Made by a program: the position numbers and the translations under genes. A stretch of DNA of 63,906 bases, counting the filler, from Sluysia triapertura (Eukaryota), in assembly GCA_046118255.1 (NCBI GenBank). It is 5 parts of 5 records of this genome, joined end to end, with 100 filler letters (N's around TTAATTAATTAA, not from the genome) between each part and the next. Parts side by side here need not be neighbours in the genome. Positions count along the whole stretch, not along the records: positions 41,768 to 52,853 come from JBJNIA010189109.1; positions 52,954 to 63,906 come from JBJNIA010190952.1; 3 more parts are not named here. One strand, written 5' to 3'. Below, piece after piece: positions 52,291 through 63,906 of this stretch; within the stretch, counting starts at the first letter, position 1, and every line of letters starts with the position of its first letter. The notes under the pieces are model-generated. The model did no database searches. It was not told the origin of the DNA and worked only from the letters and a program-made list of their open reading frames with translations.

Positions 52291-52853
52291 AGCTTTTTGA
52301 TGTCCGTGCCACAAAGTCAAAAAATTTCGAAATGTTAGCGTAGTGAAACTAAACGTAAGTATAATTAAATAAACAAACAAAAGCAATTCTTCTTTAAACA
52401 TTTTTTATTAATCAATGTTTTATAAAACGCAATATGCTAGAAACAAAATTAACGTTAAAAACAATTGTTTTTAATTTGATTTTTCTTGCTATCACAAGAT
52501 GATAAAGATTTAATATCTGGTTCATATTTAGTTAATTTCATCAGTACGCATGTAGAGCTCGACTAATCCGTCAAAAACGATGGTTTACTAAAAATGACTA
52601 ATGGAGTCTGTCGTCTGATTCGACGGCAACAACATGAAAAAACATTAAAAGGCGAAACTGGATACACAAAAAATTTTTACCTAATGCGCATCTTTACATA
52701 CTTCGAGAGATTTCCTGAGATATTTTAATAATAAAATTGTTGTGTTTTTTGTTAAAATCAATAACCCTTCTTAAAAACTAAAATCAAATAAAACTAAATC
52801 TCTATATATTTTTATATATCAATTATACAAATCAAATATTATAACACAAATCT

Positions 52854-52953
52854 NNNNNNNNNNNNNNNNNNNNNNNNNNNNNNNNNNNNNNNNNNNNTTA
52901 ATTAATTAANNNNNNNNNNNNNNNNNNNNNNNNNNNNNNNNNNNNNNNNNNNN
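52854..52953. other. Artificial contig linker
   Basis: N44-TTAATTAATTAA-N44. Confidence 0.97.
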
Positions 52954-55900
52954 ACATTTTGAATACCAAATTTAATATAATCCTTTTTTGTACTTTTTTC
53001 AGACTTTTTATACAATCTTAGTTTTTTGATTTAGATTCATAATTTTTCTTATCTTTTAAAATTTCCAGATATTTTGGACATTTATGTAAATTAGCTGGAT
53101 GATTAAAGTCATTATGACATTTTACACAATTAATATAATACATTCGTATTTTATAGATAAAGATTAATAAAGACTATGCTAAAGTTTGATTCGGTTTACT
53201 TTTTCTTTGTACAACTTATTTAATTTATAATGCTAAAGACCGATTATTCAATTTTAAAATGTTTATAATTAATAATTTAAAATATATGTAAAGCCAACCG
53301 TGAAAAAATCATTGCATTATAAATGCTGAAGCTGTTCAAACATTAATAATAATGCAAAATACAAATATGCACACATCATAAATAGAATTGAAATCAATAA
53401 ATAGAAATTATGCGATATACGTAAAAATAGAAATGTACAGTTATATGCAGAAATATTGAATTATTGAAAGTAAGGAAATTTAATATCAAACATTTTTACA
53501 TTTATGGAACTATATTATAGAATTAAGACGCACATAAAATTATAATATAGAAAATATTAATAAGCAGAATTATACCAAAGAATGTAATTAATCATTATAT
53601 GGAGGAATTTGGTAAAATTAAATGTAGAAATATTTAGAATAAATAGATTAAAATGAAATAAAATAATTCAGTTATACTTTTCAAATTAAAGTGAATACAA
53701 TTAATATATGCACAATGAATACAATTAATTACAGAATATATATGTAGTGATAATAAAGTTAAGAATAATAAAAATTAATTTTGCATATTTTAATTTTTAT
53801 TGTAAATTTTCTCTCTCATTAAATCGGAATGGGAAAATGAATTGCAAAAGATTTTGAGTCAAAATAACTGAAAAAAGTAACTTAACGAAAAATTAACTAA
53901 AGAATAATAATCGAGAATCCTGAAAATGTTCGACTATTGACCTGATCAGATGCCTTGAAGAATAAATTTCAATCGAACAAAGATGAATGCAATTTTTTGG
54001 TTAAATTGTGAAGTTGAATTTAATTGATGCTAGTTTGTATATTCTAATTATCAGCCAATTAAAATTAATGTAATTTCTCGATAATTCTAGAATGTTCTAG
54101 TGTTGGAATTGCCGAACTGTGTTTTAGGCAATGAGAGAGAAACATACAGAACTATAAAATGAAGAAAGAACTGATGGATTGAACATTAAAAGTAGCGTTG
54201 AAATAAGAATCATTAAAATTAAAACATCTATAATAATGTTAATAGCTAAAGAATACCTTGGAGTTCCAAAGACCTATATAATGGTTTGAGACCTTATGAA
54301 AGTTTGAGATGGACTTGAAAACCCTTTAAAGGCATTAGGATACCTTTGAATTTGTGAACTTTGAGATCATCTGAAACTTAATTAACCTTTAAGCATTCTT
54401 AGATCTTCGAATAATCTTATAAAGTGTTAAAAATCTTTAAAATATTTGAGAAATAAAATCATTGTTATTGGTATTAAGAATAAATCTAGTATGGTAATAA
54501 TGCACATGAAGAAGTAGAAAAAGGAATCAGAAAGGAGAAGGTGAAAGCATCTAGAGCCTCATGAATGCCTTATAAACTACTAAATAACTTTAGGACCTTA
54601 ATAAAACCTTTAAACCAAAAATAAGATTATGTCTAAAAATAGATTAATTAATGAAAATCTTAATTGACTTAATTAAGAAATAGTACGTTTTTCTGAATAA
54701 TTTTTCATTGCTATGTTAAGTCTGTATGTATTTGTTTTAAAATACCTTTCGATGAAGGTATGGTTTGACCGAGTTCATGCAGTGGAAGCCTTATTATTAA
54801 GCAAAGTCAAATTTTAATTAATTCTTAATTATGGAGTGTTGAATTATTTATACTTAGAATGATGAAAATATAATGAATGGAATATGGGATGATTGCTCTG
54901 AGAGAGGAGAATCTGGAAGTGATTTTGAAATGTTTGTAGAATGACTTGTGTGAGAATAAGAACCTTAAACATTTTTCATTTGAAAATTGAGTATGAATTA
55001 ATTAATTAAATTATAAAAAGTGAAATTAAGTTCATTATTTTTATGTATGTTAATAATATTGTTGATTTTTATTTTAATATGAGAAGTAATTTAATTAAAA
55101 ATAGAATGAGTAGAGTGAAGGAAAATGATGGTTGATAATAAATGAAATTTTTGTGTTTTATACCTAATGAGATTGTACATATCATGCCATTTAATTTTTA
55201 ATGTTGTTATTGTCGGTCTAATTCTCAAAGAGTTTTTGATGATTTGTGTAAGAGAATGTTTTATTGCGAAACTTAAGATTGATTGGATGATGCGAAAATA
55301 TAAAAAGAAAAACTTAAAAATTTTACAAGACAATCACAAAATTCATAGAAGATCCATGATTTGGGTAAGACTTATGTTTTTAGTTTTAATTTTATTATTT
55401 TGATTATTAATTTTCTTTATCATTTGATCCCTTTTATGCTATTGATAAATTGATTTTTCAGGGCACTCCCTGCCCAAATTATTTTAAAATACTTTAAGCT
55501 AATTATTTGATTATTATTTTAACTTTGATTTTAATCAATTGATAAATTGATTTTTTGGAGATTCCCTGACGAAATTTTTTTATAACTTTTTTGTTATTAA
55601 GTTAGAATAGAATTATTCGACAATATATAAGTATTATTATTTTCAGCTTCTTTAGATATTGATATTTTGATTTTTGTCGCGTCACCTCTGGTTTCTTTGG
55701 ATAGATTATTGTGTGCTTAATGTTCTTAATTTTGAGATTTAGTCATTTTTAGTCAATTTACTTAAAACAGAAACTTATAATAACGACTTGTATTTGATTT
55801 TCTAATTACTATATTATTGAGTTATTGTTATTAATTTGAATTAAGAACGTAAATATCATCATTATAAATAAATAAATGTCATTATTAAAAGAAGAAAATT

Positions 55901-56299
55901 TGTGATAATTTATACTTGATCTAGTGAATATTGAAATTACAGAGATTCTATTTAAACAAAGTAAACTGATATTGATTATTGTTTCAAAGAAGCAACACTA
56001 CTACTACTAGTAGTAGTAGTAGTAGTAATGAAAAAATAAAACTTCATAAATATAGCAAAAATATTAAAATATTTATTTAATTAAGGCTGAAAGATCAAGT
56101 GTTCCAGTAGGTTTACCAAACAGTTCTTCGTTTGTTAGTTTACTCATTTTTTGTAAATACTAATCCAATATGTAAATCGACTTTTTTAAACGGAATTAAG
56201 AAGAATTTTAAAGTTTGATTATTATGTATTATTATTTTGATGTATTTACTGTCATTTTGCATATTTATCTGGTTTTAATCAACGAATAATTCGATTTTT

Positions 56300-56820
56300 G
56301 AATTTTTTCTTAGTTACTGGTCTAATTAATTCCAGAAATAATTTGCAGCCATTGAAAATAACTAGTCATATTGTTTCACTGGTCTTTAATTGTCAAGTAA
56401 ATAGTGAGTCTAATACGAAAACAAATAACAAAACCAGCTTCTTTTTCGGTCGTACACCATCAGCTGAATATATGACATTACAGGGATCAATTTTTGTGAA
56501 GGTATCTTTTTGAAAACTGTTTCACAAATATCAATTCTTATTGTTGTAGTTGATAATGATTATACATTTATTAATTACTCTTTAATTTCATTTCAGATGG
56601 TGTGTCTAACAAGATCTTCTGAAACATGTGTACTTTTACAGTGTTTCTTACCAGATATGACCAGCACTAAAGAATGAATACATTAAAAATTCTCCAATCC
56701 AAGGCGCTATTTATTCTTGGATATTCTTATAATGTAGATTAATGTTGTACAAGTTATTCAATATGGTTATCTTGTTATCTTGTTTGTACATTTATTTGCA
56801 AATCAAGACATTATTGATGA
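56300..56820 (-). mobile_element. Possible BEL/Pao gag-protease relic
   Basis: Remnants SAGHI...KYTCFR (zinc-knuckle-like), then KLIPV...VLDS (protease-like). Heavily decayed. Confidence 0.3.
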
Positions 56821-59800
56821 ATGATGCTGTTGCTTTTTCAACATTGGTAAAGCGCAACTAAAGCTGTGTATCAGCACTAAAAGTAGCTTAATCGGATCAC
56901 TCTATAAGCTGTTCTTACTATTGTTTTCTTCATTTCTTGGATATTTGAAATTCGTATAAGCATTTTATCTAGTGACGATTAATAATCATGTCTATCATTA
57001 ATTGTATAAACATAATTCTTTTACAATTATTTCCTCAAAATATCTGCAAATTAGTAAAAGTAAAAATAAACAATTTATTTTTCAATCTTCTTTTACGTTT
57101 TTTTGGCGGAAAAAATACTTGTTTTTGTTTATTAGTTTTCTGAAATTTCGAATTGAAACTGTTTACACATTTTTTAGTGTTTCATGAACTCGATCATTCA
57201 AGCTATTCGTGGATGTGTCGAATTTACAAATGAAATGCTAAGTCATAAAAAGTTATCATCTGGATATATTTATAATAGTTAGCTGTTTTATTATTGCAGT
57301 GCTTTAACAAAATGTAATTCATTTATTAATCTTTAATAGACAAATTTATAAAAACTGCAATGCGTGCTGGAAATCGATTTTTAAAACTCAACGCTGCTTA
57401 AATCAGTTTTTATGAAAAATTCAACTGTTTTATATACAATATTTGTCATTTGAATTACATTTTATAAATTCTAATTCGTCTATTTTGGCTAATTCGTCTA
57501 ATTTAAAAGTTATATATATGGAAAGGTTACACTAAAGGTTAAATATTAATTTCAAATTATAATTATATATTGACTGAAAATGCACTATAAAAAATATGTT
57601 AAGGAAAATTTTAAAATAATTCAAATTCAAACAATCTCTTAAGTATAATGAGTTCGAATTTACGTTTATTTAGACATTGATGCACGAGATTACGCTGAAG
57701 TTGAATTTCCTGATTCTTTTTCAGTCGGGTAAAGTCATAAAGTTCGCTTCTTTGGATATCAAATTTACCAACTCTACCAATAATACTTTGTTTTCATAGA
57801 AATCGTGATTAATAGTTAATTCAAACTTGTCTTTAACTAAATTCGAAATTATTACACCATTCTCGCTGGGAATAAAATCTTTTAGACATATAATAAAATG
57901 TTTTTTACGATATAAAAATACTCCTATTGTAAAATACAATTATTTTAAAATTCCGATAAAAAGAAAAGTAAATAATAGATAGCACAACGGAAACATACTT
58001 TCCGGATACATACTTAGATTTGCAGTTAATATCATTTTTGACTAAAAATTTAATTAAATTTGAAGTAAACATTTATATCGAAATCTCCTGGTTTCGAAAT
58101 GAATATTTTGGATAGAACACTATTTCCCTTAATTTTTTGCATGTTCCAGTCGAACTTGAGTTATTTAAATTATGTTGATATAAATATACTTTAAGGATTT
58201 ATGCCTTTGACCAATAGAATTATTTAAATTCATGCTTCGACAATTGGGCAAACGAAGTTCTGAATTTCTTTCATTATCCAGATTTTTATGGTCATTCGGT
58301 AATTCATAACTTGGTCTATCTTCGATTACATTTTCAAAGAATTTTGTAAGATATTATTTTGGATATGAGTAGAGATTTATTTTGGTTCCAATTTGTTTTT
58401 TAAAATACATTTACAGTATATTTATATAATATGTCATAGTATCGTCATGAAGATCAAAAATAAGTTTAAACTATTAAAAATAGTTTTGAATTTGTATTGA
58501 TGGTTTTTTATTAAAATTTTAGAATATTTACAACGTTGACATTGTAAAATTAAGAGAAATTCTAATAACCTTCTATTTACATCTGTAGCTTTATGTAATC
58601 TGTTATCTTTATACTCTATAAATAAATTTGAAAATTACTCTTTGAGTCTACATCCACATAAAAAACAATTCTGCGTATAATTACGAATCTTAAAATTTAA
58701 AATAATAATCAGTGAATGTATAACTACTTATGCTAGATTTTTTCTTATATTTACTTAGCAAAATATTTTAACAAAATAGTAAATCAGTAAATAGTTAATA
58801 TTAAATCAGTAATAATGGCAGTACTAATTAAAAACGTATTGCAATAATAAGGTATTATTATTATTATTAACGAAGAAAAATTAGTTATATTTCTATTTTT
58901 AGCAATAATCTCTTCAATTTCTTGCACATATTAATCATAAAATATCTTTTAAATTCTTGAATTAATATCGAATACCTTGCATAATGCAGTTTTATACAAC
59001 AGAAGCTTTTATTACTGCATATTTTTTCTACATAAACCAATTCAATTGAAACCCAAAGAACGAATTAACCGAGATGTGCAAGGTATTCTGTAATTTCATT
59101 TCATTTGTTACTGGATTTATTTTATTTATTTATTATGTTTTAGATTTCTCTGATTTACTAAGAGAAATGCAAAGTGAAAATCCATTGGTTAACCATTTTG
59201 CAGAAATTTTACAACGTGAATATTCCCCTGATACATTTGGGTCAGATTTTATATTTAATATTTTTATAATTCAAAATATTTTTTAATATCTCAATGATAT
59301 TCTTCAATAAATAATTTTACATTTTCAATATTGAATTGTTTGACTTTATTATAACATTATGAATTTCTTTGTCTGTCTTTGGGAAATAAAAGTGGACAAA
59401 TAGAGAATAGATTGAGGAATACATTAAAATATTCGCCACATAATTTATGTTACTCTAACCGAATTACTACTACTAAATAGAAGACTAAAAATCAATGTCA
59501 CAATTTTTAATAATTTTAATTTAGGTTTTATTTAAATTAATTTATGTTTTATTCGAAATTATTGCTCTAGTGTATGTTCCATATATGTATTAAAGTTACT
59601 TGCCAAGGTATAACTTAATATTTTATAAAATGTCTGATGTTTATACACTGTTTATCTTTATTTAGAATTTATGGCCAATAATTATTCAATTTTCATCGCA
59701 TAAGATTTTTACTGTAAGTTTAATGATGTATGATACTATGTTTGTATAGAGATGTTCGCATGATGTTGGTACTGTGTGACATCGATTATATGAGATCGAA

Positions 59801-62800
59801 GAAGTGTAACATAACTGTTTTTGTGATGTTGAAGGTGTAAGATGGTCTCTATGTCGATGTTTATGTTTTGATTCATAAGTTACAAAAGTATGCTTGAGAC
59901 AAAGTATAACATAATATTTACAGAGAGCCTTTCGTAACCCAGGATTAAATTTTATCTTATTTACAGCTTTATCATTTATCATATAATGAAACTTAGCTTT
60001 TTAATATATAATTTACTTTAAAATTTTTTTCTTTAAAATCTTTTATGTGAATTGAAATGAAAATAAAGTTAAGAAGATTTATAGGACATAAAAGGCTGAT
60101 ATACTTATGTCTAATAGATCATTGTATTGTTCATTATATTCGCAACGTGGACCTGATTTTTAGATTCTTTGGAAAGGTTCGATAATTGATGAAGTCGCTC
60201 TTTTGTTTCATTTATTTGATCTAATTCGCACTCATTTAAAACATTTACAATCTCGAGATAATGCTCTACTACTTCATTTCATGATATTTCTTTTCTACTT
60301 CATTACCACGATCTGATTTGTACTCATTATACTCGCTTATAATCTCACTATGATTTTTTTACTTCACTTCTTGGATCTAATTTGGATTCATAGTCATTTG
60401 CAATTTCATGATGTTGATCTTCTCCTTCATTTGTAATCTTTATAATAATTTATCCTGTTCGTGATTCTGAACTTTTACGTTATTCATTTGATTTAGTACG
60501 TTGAATTTAGAATTATCGACATAAATCGACATAATTATACGACTTGTTGAGTTTGTTTAGTTCCATCAGAAATCTGGCAGACATCTTTTAATTGAGTTGT
60601 AGTTTTTATTCAATGACAACTCTTACTAAATTTTTCAATTGTAATTCTAAATAACTTTTAAAACTGTGATGTTGTTTGAATAGTAATTTCTGCACTAGTA
60701 ATTTTGTCTAGAATTTTTGTCCAAATATTTTACCCCTATTTTTTGGTAGGGTTAATTCAATATTCAATATCTAATTCAATATTCCACTACATAACCATTT
60801 AATAAAGTATGTATTGGACCTTTAGTTAGTTAATTACAGTACATAATATCGCTTTGGTAATGTATTGTCGCTGTACATTATAATTTAAATTACAATTCTA
60901 GTCTTATTGAATAATATCCGCTTTGTTAGTTAGTTTTCGTTGTTGTCTGTTAGTATTCACTTTTTTCCGGATTTTTCATGTTTTATTGGCATCTTTATTA
61001 TTCGATCTATGAATAATTAAGTGTTTGTTTGTTGCTAATTTCCAACTTCCACATTTTGTTTGACCGTGTTTCTGAGTCTTGATATTTCTTGACCTTTTAT
61101 AACGTCTTTTAGATAGTTTTGAGTAATAGTTTGTAGATATTTTAATAAGCTATTTTTACGTTGATTGTACCCTTTTAGGACCATTTCAACAGGCTGTCAT
61201 TATATTTGAAGGACCATAGTGAGGACGTTGTGTGGTTACTAATGACTGAAATTGAGACTTTTTGTGTATTAATTTTAAATTAACTTTAACAACTTCAAAT
61301 TATATCAAGTAATTCTTAATTACGAACTTAAGGTCCAACTTTATTTGAAATAAAACGAATTAAAATTTTTGTACCTCTAAAAAGTGGCTTAAGACCTTTA
61401 GCAATGATTAAATTCGAAGAAAAATAAAAACAAAAGTAAAAATGATCTGTGTATATTAGGTTAAACACAAAACCATTAAGATAAGAAAAGCTAACAATTA
61501 ATTGATTAAATTCGACATTTTGAATGATAAGTAATCCAGTAATGACATGCTTTTTCAGTATTGATGAATTATCTTTGTAAAGGTGATCACCATTAGTAAA
61601 ATATTTATATTACGAACTTCTTTCTTTTTTATTATTTCAAATTCTACTTTATCTTCGATTTGTGATCTTGAGATAAATTCTGTAGCTTCGCTACTTGGCA
61701 ACAACAGGACATGTCACTTATATCATACCATCTTCAAAATCTAACCGCGACAAAACAGTTGTAGCACTGCTCTTAAACCCAGAGTCATTTTCATGCCAAT
61801 CAGCACATGCATCATTAGGCATTTTTCAAGTGGTTCGAAATACATCTTATACGATTCATAATATCTGCAACTAAATCTCGGATGCGAAACAACTTTCATT
61901 CGAATTATAAATTCGGCAATGTAATGTAAATGAGATCAGCGTACACTCTCAACTGCTAGGTAATTAAACCAATTTAATTGTCGAAATGTTCGAGCATTAA
62001 AAGTTTTAAAACTCCATAAAAGCTTTACAAAAACTCAAAATTTTTTGAACTAAAAATATTTTTAAAATAATAAAGATGTTCCTAATACTAAAACAACCCA
62101 AATCTAACCAATTATAAGACTAATAATAAAAATAAGAAAGTATTAAGTAGTAAGTGTACAGCGAATTTGAAAACGTAACATTAATTAATTTGCATAAGTA
62201 ACTTTTTAAGTAATTATTGCAACATGAGATAGATATACTAATGCACATATGTACAAGATGCTACATAAATGAAATTCTAAATAATAATTACATAATCAAT
62301 AGTTATAAATTATATTTATCATTATATGTTGTCAATATTTGATTTTCATTTAATTGGTCCAGTACTTCTTGCAAATTATTGCCGATAGTTGTATTGCGAT
62401 AAACATTGGAATTCAAAGTTTACCTTTCGGTTCAGGATTAATTACTGATCCATTATGATTTTCAACCAAAAGTTTCTTCAAAATAAGATGATTATTAGAC
62501 CTTAGACCATTGGATGATAAGTTAATGAAACGTCAAAATAAAACATGGGTAGGAAAAAACTTTTAGATAAGAATACAAGAAGTATAGAGCATTTACTAAA
62601 GGCGTAAAAGAAGATGATTTAATAAAAAAATTGATTTTGTAATTGGAGCAATTTGTAATTGCTATAAGTGAAGTTGTTTAGTGTGTGTTTTGAATGTGAT
62701 AAGATGATGAGATGTTAGATATATTTTATGTATATTTATGAGTGTGGTTGATAATTGATGTATTGAAATGGCTGGGATGCCACAGACACAATTGATCAGT

Positions 62801-63179
62801 ATTAATTGTTCCAAATCAGTCAGTGTTTTACGACTATTTTTAGCAATTATGAATAATTTCTAAGATATAAATCGTTTTATTTTAACAGCTTCACTTGACG
62901 TCATTAAAGTCACTATTTGTTAGCATCTTCCTCATTATTATTTCGAATTTACGGATATTCGTCCCTACGATTGGAAAACTTTACTAAATTTCAAATTATC
63001 AAAATTGAAGCTGAGGAATACACCACCACTTTTGCTGTACTGTTTCCTATTCCCCCTATAGTTACCCAATCTTGCTTAAAACCCCTATACGCCACTGGCG
63101 AGAGGCAGAAATATTTAACTTATACGCACATTCTTGTCTTTGATGTACATAAACTTATCTTTGTGGCTGTTCATCACGT

Positions 63180-63715
63180 TTTCACCAAATTATCCAATTG
63201 GGATTCATGCCCTATCATAAAAATTCCATACGGCAGACATTATTCGACATTGATGATATTAGGAGCTACTGGGTGGCTTCCTTATGTGATAAATTTTTAG
63301 TTTACTTATATCTCGACTTAGTCATTAAAACTTTAAATATTCCTCACGGTTGGTTGAGAGGAATCTTAAACCTCACCAACACGCATTAGTGTCCTTAAAC
63401 AACCGATCCATTTCTCCGGGCGAAGCAAGTGTTGTTCTGTCTAGATTTGATCTCAAATTCTATTACGTTGTTTGACCATATAATGGCCAAGGATCCGACT
63501 TTCTTGCCGCAGAATCTACTCTTCCAATTTCTTCTTTTCCTTCTATATGTTCTTATCCTTCCTATATTAATACTCCTTATTATCTTCTGTCACAACTCAT
63601 CGACCAAGTGGACTCAGATACTCCCAACGAACTCATCCACAGTCATCCTGATTTGATCAGTCCAACGGTGATCATCCAGCCAAATTAGACGACTCCAACT
63701 CTAAATGGTTTGCAA
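63180..63715 (-). mobile_element. Decayed Ty3/Gypsy reverse transcriptase
   Basis: LIWLDD (resembles YLDD) followed by ILRQESRILGHYM (resembles FLxxEVxFLGHxV). Confidence 0.65.
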
Positions 63716-63836
63716 CGGACGATTCTTTGCATCACTAAGAAAATGATGATTTTTACATTTTCGATTAAAATCTACATTAAATAACAATCGTGATTTTCAA
63801 TAATTATTATCATTTTGTATTGTGTTCATTCTAATC

Positions 63837-63839
<3 letters not shown>

Positions 63840-63896
<57 letters not shown>

Positions 63897-63902
63897 ATAT
63901 AT
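63840..63902. repeat. Compound (TA)n(TG)n microsatellite
   Basis: Read directly from the sequence. Confidence 0.95.
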
Positions 63903-63906
63903 CACC

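Noticed and set aside
56604-56611. Additional GTCTAACA mini-LTR end
   Set aside because: An isolated 8-mer with no flanking family homology.

Overview
Very AT-rich (about 75% AT by eye) invertebrate-type eukaryotic nuclear DNA. It is made of five contigs joined by artificial 100-bp linkers (N44-TTAATTAATTAA-N44), so adjacency across the linkers is not trustworthy. Host genes are sparse: an intact intronless proteasome beta5 gene (PSMB5), three spliced exons of MCM5, and two spliced exons of a myosin-light-chain-kinase-type kinase. There are also two intronless host-gene fragments (PDCD6/ALG-2 and a GH38 lysosomal alpha-mannosidase) and one unexplained 306-codon ORF. Much of the rest is decayed transposon sequence: Ty3/Gypsy, Tc1/mariner, hAT, piggyBac-type MITEs and an R2/NeSL-like non-LTR RT. 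The most interesting signal is a miniature LTR-like family with TGTTAGAC...GTCTAACA ends. Two copies have a ~98-bp 'LTR' that is almost entirely a tRNA-Cys-derived Pol III unit, and one of these is followed by a tRNA-Trp-type primer-binding site. A third locus keeps the same ends and flanks but has unrelated LTR cores in tandem. All family assignments come from motif recognition, not database searches.
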